Positions 12,259-25,197 of a stretch of DNA of 64,000 bases are shown in pieces; the first letter of the stretch is position 1; each line of letters begins with the position of its first letter. The stretch spans positions 244,900,001 to 244,964,000 of the forward strand of contig OZ024741.1 of NCBI GenBank assembly GCA_964016885.1, read 5' to 3'. This DNA comes from Eledone cirrhosa (taxonomy: Eukaryota). The notes under the pieces are model-generated. The model did no database searches. It was not told the origin of the DNA and saw nothing but the letters and a program-made list of their open reading frames with translations. The position numbers were made by a program, and so were the translations under genes.

Positions 12259-14982
12259 ACCATTCGCCGGCGGACTTTGTTGACGTTTAACACGGTTTGG
12301 TTCCACAGCCACAACTATTGATTTTACGGAGATATCTTGCTGAAATTCACGACACACATAGCCAATGTGAGTCTGCACATGTACCAGTAATTACAGATCG
12401 ATCCGACCACGGGCGGCCGGCCCGCGATTGAAAAGGTAAATCCGCCGGCTAATCGTCATTTTTGGATTCGTTTTCTTCGAAGCACACCATTCGCCGGCGG
12501 ACTTTGTTGACGTTTAACACGGTTTGGTTCCACAGCCACAACTATTGATTTTACGGAGATATCTTGCTGAAATTCACGCCACACATAGCCAATGAGTGTC
12601 TGCACATGTACCAGTAATTACAGATCGATCCGACCGCGGGCGGCCGGCCCGCGATTAAAAAGGTAAAACCGCCGGCTAATTGTCATTTTTGGATTCGTTT
12701 TCTTCGAAGCACACCATTCGCCGGCGGACTTTGTTGACGTTTAACACGGTTTGGTTCCACAGCCACAACTATTGATTTTACGGAGATATCTTGCTGAAAT
12801 TCACGACACACATAGCCAATGTGAGTCTGCACATGTACCAGTAATTACAGATCGATCCGACCACGGGCGGCCGGCCCGCGATTGAAAAGGTAAATCCGCC
12901 GGCTAATCGTCATTTTTGGATTCGTTTTCTTCGAAGCACACCATTCGCCGGCGGACTTTGTTGACATTTAACACGGTTTGGTTCCACAGCCACAACTATT
13001 GATTTTACGGAGATATTTTGCTGAAATTCACGCCACACATAGCCAATGAGTGTCTGCACATGTACCAGTAATTACAGATCGATCCGACCACGGGCGGCCG
13101 GCCCGCGATTGAAAAGGTAAATCCGCCGGCTAATCGTCATTTTTGGATTCGTTTTCTTCGAAGCACACCATTCGCCGGCGGACTTTGTTGACGTTTAACA
13201 CGGTTTGGTTCCACAGCCACAACTATTGATTTTACGGAGATATCTTGCTGAAATTCACGCCACACATAGCCAATGAGTATCTGCACATGTACCAGTAATT
13301 ACAGATCGATCCGACCGCGGGCGGCCGGCCCGCGATTGAAAAGGTAAATCCGCCGGCTAATCGTCATTTTTGGATTCGTTTTCTTCGAAGCACACCATTC
13401 GCCGGCGGACTTTGTTGACATTTAACACGGTTTGGTTCCACAGCCACAACTATTGATTTTACGGAGATATCTTGCTGAAATTCACGACACACATAGCCAA
13501 TGAGTATCTGCACATGTACCAGTAATTACAGATCGATCCGACCGCGGGCGGCCGGCCCGCGATTAAAAAGGTAAATCCGCCGGCTAATCGTCATTTTTGG
13601 ATTCGTTTTCTTCGAAGCACACCATTCGCCGGCGGACTTTGTTGACATTTAACACGGTTTGGTTCCACAGCCACAACTATTGATTTTACGGAGATATCTT
13701 GCTGAAATTCACGCCACACATAGCCAATGAGTATCTGCACATGTACCAGTAATTACAGATCGATCCGACCGCGGGCGGCCGGCCCGCGATTGAAAAGGTA
13801 AATCCGCCGGCTAATCGTCATTTTTGGATTCGTTTTCTTCGAAGCACACCATTCGCCGGCGGACTTTGTTGACGTTTAACACGGTTTGGTTCCACAGCCA
13901 CAACTATTGATTTTACGGAGATATCTTGCTGAAATTCACGACACACATAGCCAATGTGAGTCTGCACATGTACCAGTAATTACAGATCGATCCGACCACG
14001 GGCGGCCGGCCCGCGATTGAAAAGGTAAATCCGCCGGCTAATCGTCATTTTTGGATTCGTTTTCTTCGAAGCACACCATTCGCCGGCGGACTTTGTTGAC
14101 GTTTAACACGGTTTGGTTCCACAGCCACAACTATTGATTTTACGGAGATATCTTGCTGAAATTCACGCCACACATAGCCAATGAGTGTCTGCACATGTAC
14201 CAGTAATTACAGATCGATCCGACCGCGGGCGGCCGGCCCGCGATTAAAAAGGTAAAACCGCCGGCTAATTGTCATTTTTGGATTCGTTTTCTTCGAAGCA
14301 CACCATTCGCCGGCGGACTTTGTTGACGTTTAACACGGTTTGGTTCCACAGCCACAACTATTGATTTTACGGAGATATCTTGCTGAAATTCACGACACAC
14401 ATAGCCAATGTGAGTCTGCACATGTACCAGTAATTACAGATCGATCCGACCACGGGCGGCCGGCCCGCGATTGAAAAGGTAAATCCGCCGGCTAATCGTC
14501 ATTTTTGGATTCGTTTTCTTCGAAGCACACCATTCGCCGGCGGACTTTGTTGACATTTAACACGGTTTGGTTCCACAGCCACAACTATTGATTTTACGGA
14601 GATATTTTGCTGAAATTCACGCCACACATAGCCAATGAGTGTCTGCACATGTACCAGTAATTACAGATCGATCCGACCACGGGCGGCCGGCCCGCGATTG
14701 AAAAGGTAAATCCGCCGGCTAATCGTCATTTTTGGATTCGTTTTCTTCGAAGCACACCATTCGCCGGCGGACTTTGTTGACGTTTAACACGGTTTGGTTC
14801 CACAGCCACAACTATTGATTTTACGGAGATATCTTGCTGAAATTCACGCCACACATAGCCAATGAGTATCTGCACATGTACCAGTAATTACAGATCGATC
14901 CGACCGCGGGCGGCCGGCCCGCGATTGAAAAGGTAAATCCGCCGGCTAATCGTCATTTTTGGATTCGTTTTCTTCGAAGCAC
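11805..14982 (+). repeat. Tandem duplication of a 7-monomer block (1589 bp x2)
   Basis: Rare C78T (GATATTTTG) at 13017 and 14606; monomers 53-59 match 60-66. Confidence 0.9.
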
Positions 14983-17900
14983 ACCATTCGCCGGCGGACT
15001 TTGTTGACGTTTAACACGGTTTGGTTCCACAGCCACAACTATTGATTTTACGGAGATATCTTGCTGAAATTCACGACACACATAGCCAATGTGAGTCTGC
15101 ACATGTACCAGTAATTACAGATCGATCCGACCACGGGCGGCCGGCCCGCGATTGAAAAGGTAAATCCGCCGGCTAATCGTCATTTTTGGATTCGTTTTCT
15201 TCGAAGCACACCATTCGCCGGCGGACTTTGTTGACATTTAACACGGTTTGGTTCCACAGCCACAACTATTGATTTTACGGAGATATCTTGCTGAAATTCA
15301 CGACACACATAGCCAATGAGTATCTGCACATGTACCAGTAATTACAGATCGATCCGACCGCGGGCGGCCGGCCCGCGATTAAAAAGGTAAATCCGCCGGC
15401 TAATCGTCATTTTTGGATTCGTTTTCTTCGAAGCACACCATTCGCCGGCGGACTTTGTTGACATTTAACACGGTTTGGTTCCACAGCCACAACTATTGAT
15501 TTTACGGAGATATCTTGCTGAAATTCACGCCACACATAGCCAATGAGTGTCTGCACATGTACCAGTAATTACAGATCGATCCGACCACGGGCGGCCGGCC
15601 CGCGATTGAAAAGGTAAATCCGCCGGCTAATCGTCATTTTTGGATTCGTTTTCTTCGAAGCACACCATTCGCCGGCGGACTTTGTTGACGTTTAACACGG
15701 TTTGGTTCCACAGCCACAACTATTGATTTTACGGAGATATCTTGCTGAAATTCACGCCACACATAGCCAATGAGTATCTGCACATGTACCAGTAATTACA
15801 GATCGATCCGACCGCGGGCGGCCGGCCCGCGATTGAAAAGGTAAATCCGCCGGCTAATCGTCATTTTTGGATTCGTTTTCTTCGAAGCACACCATTCGCC
15901 GGCGGACTTTGTTGACGTTTAACACGGTTTGGTTCCACAGCCACAACTATTGATTTTACGGAGATATCTTGCTGAAATTCACGACACACATAGCCAATGT
16001 GAGTCTGCACATGTACCAGTAATTACAGATCGATCCGACCACGGGCGGCCGGCCCGCGATTGAAAAGGTAAATCCGCCGGCTAATCGTCATTTTTGGATT
16101 CGTTTTCTTCGAAGCACACCATTCGCCGGCGGACTTTGTTGACGTTTAACACGGTTTGGTTCCACAGCCACAACTATTGATTTTACGGAGATATCTTGCT
16201 GAAATTCACGCCACACATAGCCAATGAGTGTCTGCACATGTACCAGTAATTACAGATCGATCCGACCACGGGCGGCCGGCCCGCGATTGAAAAGGTAAAT
16301 CCGCCGGCTAATCGTCATTTTTGGATTCGTTTTCTTCGAAGCACACCATTCGCCGGCGGACTTTGTTGACATTTAACACGGTTTGGTTCCACAGCCACAA
16401 CTATTGATTTTACGGAGATATCTTGCTGAAATTCACGACACACATAGCCAATGTGAGTCTGCACATGTACCAGTAATTACAGATCGATCCGACCACGGGC
16501 GGCCGGCCCGCGATTGAAAAGGTAAATCCGCCGGCTAATCGTCATTTTTGGATTCGTTTTCTTCGAAGCACACCATTCGCCGGCGGACTTTGTTGACGTT
16601 TAACACGGTTTGGTTCCACAGCCACAACTATTGATTTTACGGAGATATCTTGCTGAAATTCACGACACACATAGCCAATGTGAGTCTGCACATGTACCAG
16701 TAATTACAGATCGATCCGACCACGGGCGGCCGGCCCGCGATTGAAAAGGTAAATCCGCCGGCTAATCGTCATTTTTGGATTCGTTTTCTTCGAAGCACAC
16801 CATTCGCCGGCGGACTTTGTTGACATTTAACACGGTTTGGTTCCACAGCCACAACTATTGATTTTACGGAGATATCTTGCTGAAATTCACGACACACATA
16901 GCCAATGAGTATCTGCACATGTACCAGTAATTACAGATCGATCCGACCGCGGGCGGCCGGCCCGCGATTAAAAAGGTAAATCCGCCGGCTAATCGTCATT
17001 TTTGGATTCGTTTTCTTCGAAGCACACCATTCGCCGGCGGACTTTGTTGACATTTAACACGGTTTGGTTCCACAGCCACAACTATTGATTTTACGGAGAT
17101 ATCTTGCTGAAATTCACGCCACACATAGCCAATGAGTATCTGCACATGTACCAGTAATTACAGATCGATCCGACCGCGGGCGGCCGGCCCGCGATTGAAA
17201 AGGTAAATCCGCCGGCTAATCGTCATTTTTGGATTCGTTTTCTTCGAAGCACACCATTCGCCGGCGGACTTTGTTGACGTTTAACACGGTTTGGTTCCAC
17301 AGCCACAACTATTGATTTTACGGAGATATCTTGCTGAAATTCACGACACACATAGCCAATGTGAGTCTGCACATGTACCAGTAATTACAGATCGATCCGA
17401 CCACGGGCGGCCGGCCCGCGATTGAAAAGGTAAATCCGCCGGCTAATCGTCATTTTTGGATTCGTTTTCTTCGAAGCACACCATTCGCCGGCGGACTTTG
17501 TTGACGTTTAACACGGTTTGGTTCCACAGCCACAACTATTGATTTTACGGAGATATCTTGCTGAAATTCACGCCACACATAGCCAATGAGTGTCTGCACA
17601 TGTACCAGTAATTACAGATCGATCCGACCGCGGGCGGCCGGCCCGCGATTAAAAAGGTAAAACCGCCGGCTAATTGTCATTTTTGGATTCGTTTTCTTCG
17701 AAGCACACCATTCGCCGGCGGACTTTGTTGACGTTTAACACGGTTTGGTTCCACAGCCACAACTATTGATTTTACGGAGATATCTTGCTGAAATTCACGC
17801 CACACATAGCCAATGAGTGTCTGCACATGTACCAGTAATTACAGATCGATCCGACCACGGGCGGCCGGCCCGCGATTGAAAAGGTAAATCCGCCGGCTAA

Positions 17901-20900
17901 TCGTCATTTTTGGATTCGTTTTCTTCGAAGCACACCATTCGCCGGCGGACTTTGTTGACATTTAACACGGTTTGGTTCCACAGCCACAACTATTGATTTT
18001 ACGGAGATATCTTGCTGAAATTCACGACACACATAGCCAATGTGAGTCTGCACATGTACCAGTAATTACAGATCGATCCGACCACGGGCGGCCGGCCCGC
18101 GATTGAAAAGGTAAATCCGCCGGCTAATCGTCATTTTTGGATTCGTTTTCTTCGAAGCACACCATTCGCCGGCGGACTTTGTTGACGTTTAACACGGTTT
18201 GGTTCCACAGCCACAACTATTGATTTTACGGAGATATCTTGCTGAAATTCACGACACACATAGCCAATGTGAGTCTGCACATGTACCAGTAATTACAGAT
18301 CGATCCGACCACGGGCGGCCGGCCCGCGATTGAAAAGGTAAATCCGCCGGCTAATCGTCATTTTTGGATTCGTTTTCTTCGAAGCACACCATTCGCCGGC
18401 GGACTTTGTTGACATTTAACACGGTTTGGTTCCACAGCCACAACTATTGATTTTACGGAGATATCTTGCTGAAATTCACGACACACATAGCCAATGAGTA
18501 TCTGCACATGTACCAGTAATTACAGATCGATCCGACCGCGGGCGGCCGGCCCGCGATTAAAAAGGTAATTCCGCCGGCTAATCGTCATTTTTGGATTCGT
18601 TTTCTTCGAAGCACACCATTCGCCGGCGGACTTTGTTGACATTTAACACGGTTTGGTTCCACAGCCACAACTATTGATTTTACGGAGATATCTTGCTGAA
18701 ATTCACGCCACACATAGCCAATGAGTATCTGCACATGTACCAGTAATTACAGATCGATCCGACCGCGGGCGGCCGGCCCGCGATTGAAAAGGTAAATCCG
18801 CCGGCTAATCGTCATTTTTGGATTCGTTTTCTTCGAAGCACACCATTCGCCGGCGGACTTTGTTGACGTTTAACACGGTTTGGTTCCACAGCCACAACTA
18901 TTGATTTTACGGAGATATCTTGCTGAAATTCACGACACACATAGCCAATGTGAGTCTGCACATGTACCAGTAATTACAGATCGATCCGACCACGGGCGGC
19001 CGGCCCGCGATTGAAAAGGTAAATCCGCCGGCTAATCGTCATTTTTGGATTCGTTTTCTTCGAAGCACACCATTCGCCGGCGGACTTTGTTGACATTTAA
19101 CACGGTTTGGTTCCACAGCCACAACTATTGATTTTACGGAGATATCTTGCTGAAATTCACGACACACATAGCCAATGTGAGTCTGCACATGTACCAGTAA
19201 TTACAGATCGATCCGACCACGGGCGGCCGGCCCGCGATTGAAAAGGTAAATCCGCCGGCTAATCGTCATTTTTGGATTCGTTTTCTTCGAAGCACACCAT
19301 TCGCCGGCGGACTTTGTTGACGTTTAACACGGTTTGGTTCCACAGCCACAACTATTGATTTTACGGAGATATCTTGCTGAAATTCACGCCACACATAGCC
19401 AATGAGTGTCTGCACATGTACCAGTAATTACAGATCGATCCGACCACGGGCGGCCGGCCCGCGATTGAAAAGGTAAATCCGCCGGCTAATCGTCATTTTT
19501 GGATTCGTTTTCTTCGAAGCACACCATTCGCCGGCGGACTTTGTTGACATTTAACACGGTTTGGTTCCACAGCCACAACTATTGATTTTACGGAGATATC
19601 TTGCTGAAATTCACGACACACATAGCCAATGTGAGTCTGCACATGTACCAGTAATTACAGATCGATCCGACCACGGGCGGCCGGCCCGCGATTGAAAAGG
19701 TAAATCCGCCGGCTAATCGTCATTTTTGGATTCGTTTTCTTCGAAGCACACCATTCGCCGGCGGACTTTGTTGACGTTTAACACGGTTTGGTTCCACAGC
19801 CACAACTATTGATTTTACGGAGATATCTTGCTGAAATTCACGACACACATAGCCAATGTGAGTCTGCACATGTACCAGTAATTACAGATCGATCCGACCA
19901 CGGGCGGCCGGCCCGCGATTGAAAAGGTAAATCCGCCGGCTAATCGTCATTTTTGGATTCGTTTTCTTCGAAGCACACCATTCGCCGGCGGACTTTGTTG
20001 ACATTTAACACGGTTTGGTTCCACAGCCACAACTATTGATTTTACGGAGATATCTTGCTGAAATTCACGACACACATAGCCAATGAGTATCTGCACATGT
20101 ACCAGTAATTACAGATCGATCCGACCGCGGGCGGCCGGCCCGCGATTAAAAAGGTAAATCCGCCGGCTAATCGTCATTTTTGGATTCGTTTTCTTCGAAG
20201 CACACCATTCGCCGGCGGACTTTGTTGACATTTAACACGGTTTGGTTCCACAGCCACAACTATTGATTTTACGGAGATATCTTGCTGAAATTCACGCCAC
20301 ACATAGCCAATGAGTGTCTGCACATGTACCAGTAATTACAGATCGATCCGACCACGGGCGGCCGGCCCGCGATTGAAAAGGTAAATCCGCCGGCTAATCG
20401 TCATTTTTGGATTCGTTTTCTTCGAAGCACACCATTCGCCGGCGGACTTTGTTGACGTTTAACACGGTTTGGTTCCACAGCCACAACTATTGATTTTACG
20501 GAGATATCTTGCTGAAATTCACGCCACACATAGCCAATGAGTATCTGCACATGTACCAGTAATTACAGATCGATCCGACCGCGGGCGGCCGGCCCGCGAT
20601 TGAAAAGGTAAATCCGCCGGCTAATCGTCATTTTTGGATTCGTTTTCTTCGAAGCACACCATTCGCCGGCGGACTTTGTTGACATTTAACACGGTTTGGT
20701 TCCACAGCCACAACTATTGATTTTACGGAGATATCTTGCTGAAATTCACGACACACATAGCCAATGTGAGTCTGCACATGTACCAGTAATTACAGATCGA
20801 TCCGACCACGGGCGGCCGGCCCGCGATTGAAAAGGTAAATCCGCCGGCTAATCGTCATTTTTGGATTCGTTTTCTTCGAAGCACACCATTCGCCGGCGGA

Positions 20901-21111
20901 CTTTGTTGACGTTTAACACGGTTTGGTTCCACAGCCACAACTATTGATTTTACGGAGATATCTTGCTGAAATTCACGACACACATAGCCAATGTGAGTCT
21001 GCACATGTACCAGTAATTACAGATCGATCCGACCACGGGCGGCCGGCCCGCGATTGAAAAGGTAAATCCGCCGGCTAATCGTCATTTTTGGATTCGTTTT
21101 CTTCGAAGCAC

Positions 21112-24100
21112 ACCATTCGCCGGCGGACTTTGTTGACATTTAACACGGTTTGGTTCCACAGCCACAACTATTGATTTTACGGAGATATCTTGCTGAAATT
21201 CACGACACACATAGCCAATGAGTATCTGCACATGTACCAGTAATTACAGATCGATCCGACCGCGGGCGGCCGGCCCGCGATTAAAAAGGTAAATCCGCCG
21301 GCTAATCGTCATTTTTGGATTCGTTTTCTTCGAAGCACACCATTCGCCGGCGGACTTTGTTGACATTTAACACGGTTTGGTTCCACAGCCACAACTATTG
21401 ATTTTACGGAGATATCTTGCTGAAATTCACGCCACACATAGCCAATGAGTGTCTGCACATGTACCAGTAATTACAGATCGATCCGACCACGGGCGGCCGG
21501 CCCGCGATTGAAAAGGTAAATCCGCCGGCTAATCGTCATTTTTGGATTCGTTTTCTTCGAAGCACACCATTCGCCGGCGGACTTTGTTGACGTTTAACAC
21601 GGTTTGGTTCCACAGCCACAACTATTGATTTTACGGAGATATCTTGCTGAAATTCACGCCACACATAGCCAATGAGTATCTGCACATGTACCAGTAATTA
21701 CAGATCGATCCGACCGCGGGCGGCCGGCCCGCGATTGAAAAGGTAAATCCGCCGGCTAATCGTCATTTTTGGATTCGTTTTCTTCGAAGCACACCATTCG
21801 CCGGCGGACTTTGTTGACGTTTAACACGGTTTGGTTCCACAGCCACAACTATTGATTTTACGGAGATATCTTGCTGAAATTCACGACACACATAGCCAAT
21901 GTGAGTCTGCACATGTACCAGTAATTACAGATCGATCCGACCACGGGCGGCCGGCCCGCGATTGAAAAGGTAAATCCGCCGGCTAATCGTCATTTTTGGA
22001 TTCGTTTTCTTCGAAGCACACCATTCGCCGGCGGACTTTGTTGACATTTAACACGGTTTGGTTCCACAGCCACAACTATTGATTTTACGGAGATATCTTG
22101 CTGAAATTCACGACACACATAGCCAATGTGAGTCTGCACATGTACCAGTAATTACAGATCGATCCGACCACGGGCGGCCGGCCCGCGATTGAAAAGGTAA
22201 ATCCGCCGGCTAATCGTCATTTTTGGATTCGTTTTCTTCGAAGCACACCATTCGCCGGCGGACTTTGTTGACGTTTAACACGGTTTGGTTCCACAGCCAC
22301 AACTATTGATTTTACGGAGATATCTTGCTGAAATTCACGACACACATAGCCAATGTGAGTCTGCACATGTACCAGTAATTACAGATCGATCCGACCACGG
22401 GCGGCCGGCCCGCGATTGAAAAGGTAAATCCGCCGGCTAATCGTCATTTTTGGATTCGTTTTCTTCGAAGCACACCATTCGCCGGCGGACTTTGTTGACA
22501 TTTAACACGGTTTGGTTCCACAGCCACAACTATTGATTTTACGGAGATATCTTGCTGAAATTCACGACACACATAGCCAATGAGTATCTGCACATGTACC
22601 AGTAATTACAGATCGATCCGACCGCGGGCGGCCGGCCCGCGATTAAAAAGGTAAATCCGCCGGCTAATCGTCATTTTTGGATTCGTTTTCTTCGAAGCAC
22701 ACCATTCGCCGGCGGACTTTGTTGACATTTAACACGGTTTGGTTCCACAGCCACAACTATTGATTTTACGGAGATATCTTGCTGAAATTCACGCCACACA
22801 TAGCCAATGAGTGTCTGCACATGTACCAGTAATTACAGATCGATCCGACCACGGGCGGCCGGCCCGCGATTGAAAAGGTAAATCCGCCGGCTAATCGTCA
22901 TTTTTGGATTCGTTTTCTTCGAAGCACACCATTCGCCGGCGGACTTTGTTGACGTTTAACACGGTTTGGTTCCACAGCCACAACTATTGATTTTACGGAG
23001 ATATCTTGCTGAAATTCACGCCACACATAGCCAATGAGTATCTGCACATGTACCAGTAATTACAGATCGATCCGACCGCGGGCGGCCGGCCCGCGATTGA
23101 AAAGGTAAATCCGCCGGCTAATCGTCATTTTTGGATTCGTTTTCTTCGAAGCACACCATTCGCCGGCGGACTTTGTTGACGTTTAACACGGTTTGGTTCC
23201 ACAGCCACAACTATTGATTTTACGGAGATATCTTGCTGAAATTCACGACACACATAGCCAATGTGAGTCTGCACATGTACCAGTAATTACAGATCGATCC
23301 GACCACGGGCGGCCGGCCCGCGATTGAAAAGGTAAATCCGCCGGCTAATCGTCATTTTTGGATTCGTTTTCTTCGAAGCACACCATTCGCCGGCGGACTT
23401 TGTTGACATTTAACACGGTTTGGTTCCACAGCCACAACTATTGATTTTACGGAGATATCTTGCTGAAATTCACGACACACATAGCCAATGTGAGTCTGCA
23501 CATGTACCAGTAATTACAGATCGATCCGACCACGGGCGGCCGGCCCGCGATTGAAAAGGTAAATCCGCCGGCTAATCGTCATTTTTGGATTCGTTTTCTT
23601 CGAAGCACACCATTCGCCGGCGGACTTTGTTGACGTTTAACACGGTTTGGTTCCACAGCCACAACTATTGATTTTACGGAGATATCTTGCTGAAATTCAC
23701 GCCACACATAGCCAATGAGTGTCTGCACATGTACCAGTAATTACAGATCGATCCGACCACGGGCGGCCGGCCCGCGATTGAAAAGGTAAATCCGCCGGCT
23801 AATCGTCATTTTTGGATTCGTTTTCTTCGAAGCACACCATTCGCCGGCGGACTTTGTTGACATTTAACACGGTTTGGTTCCACAGCCACAACTATTGATT
23901 TTACGGAGATATCTTGCTGAAATTCACGACACACATAGCCAATGAGTATCTGCACATGTACCAGTAATTACAGATCGATCCGACCGCGGGCGGCCGGCCC
24001 GCGATTAAAAAGGTAAATCCGCCGGCTAATCGTCATTTTTGGATTCGTTTTCTTCGAAGCACACCATTCGCCGGCGGACTTTGTTGACATTTAACACGGT

Positions 24101-25197
24101 TTGGTTCCACAGCCACAACTATTGATTTTACGGAGATATCTTGCTGAAATTCACGCCACACATAGCCAATGAGTGTCTGCACATGTACCAGTAATTACAG
24201 ATCGATCCGACCACGGGCGGCCGGCCCGCGATTGAAAAGGTAAATCCGCCGGCTAATCGTCATTTTTGGATTCGTTTTCTTCGAAGCACACCATTCGCCG
24301 GCGGACTTTGTTGACGTTTAACACGGTTTGGTTCCACAGCCACAACTATTGATTTTACGGAGATATCTTGCTGAAATTCACGCCACACATAGCCAATGAG
24401 TATCTGCACATGTACCAGTAATTACAGATCGATCCGACCGCGGGCGGCCGGCCCGCGATTGAAAAGGTAAATCCGCCGGCTAATCGTCATTTTTGGATTC
24501 GTTTTCTTCGAAGCACACCATTCGCCGGCGGACTTTGTTGACGTTTAACACGGTTTGGTTCCACAGCCACAACTATTGATTTTACGGAGATATCTTGCTG
24601 AAATTCACGACACACATAGCCAATGTGAGTCTGCACATGTACCAGTAATTACAGATCGATCCGACCACGGGCGGCCGGCCCGCGATTGAAAAGGTAAATC
24701 CGCCGGCTAATCGTCATTTTTGGATTCGTTTTCTTCGAAGCACACCATTCGCCGGCGGACTTTGTTGACATTTAACACGGTTTGGTTCCACAGCCACAAC
24801 TATTGATTTTACGGAGATATCTTGCTGAAATTCACGACACACATAGCCAATGTGAGTCTGCACATGTACCAGTAATTACAGATCGATCCGACCACGGGCG
24901 GCCGGCCCGCGATTGAAAAGGTAAATCCGCCGGCTAATCGTCATTTTTGGATTCGTTTTCTTCGAAGCACACCATTCGCCGGCGGACTTTGTTGACGTTT
25001 AACACGGTTTGGTTCCACAGCCACAACTATTGATTTTACGGAGATATCTTGCTGAAATTCACGCCACACATAGCCAATGAGTGTCTGCACATGTACCAGT
25101 AATTACAGATCGATCCGACCACGGGCGGCCGGCCCGCGATTGAAAAGGTAAATCCGCCGGCTAATCGTCATTTTTGGATTCGTTTTCTTCGAAGCAC
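21112..25197 (+). repeat. Local 6-monomer higher-order repeat (1362 bp), 3 copies
   Basis: The A27+A94+A113+G151+A172 monomer starts at 21112, 22474 and 23836, each followed by the same haplotype order; the sixth monomer differs in copy 1. Confidence 0.88.
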
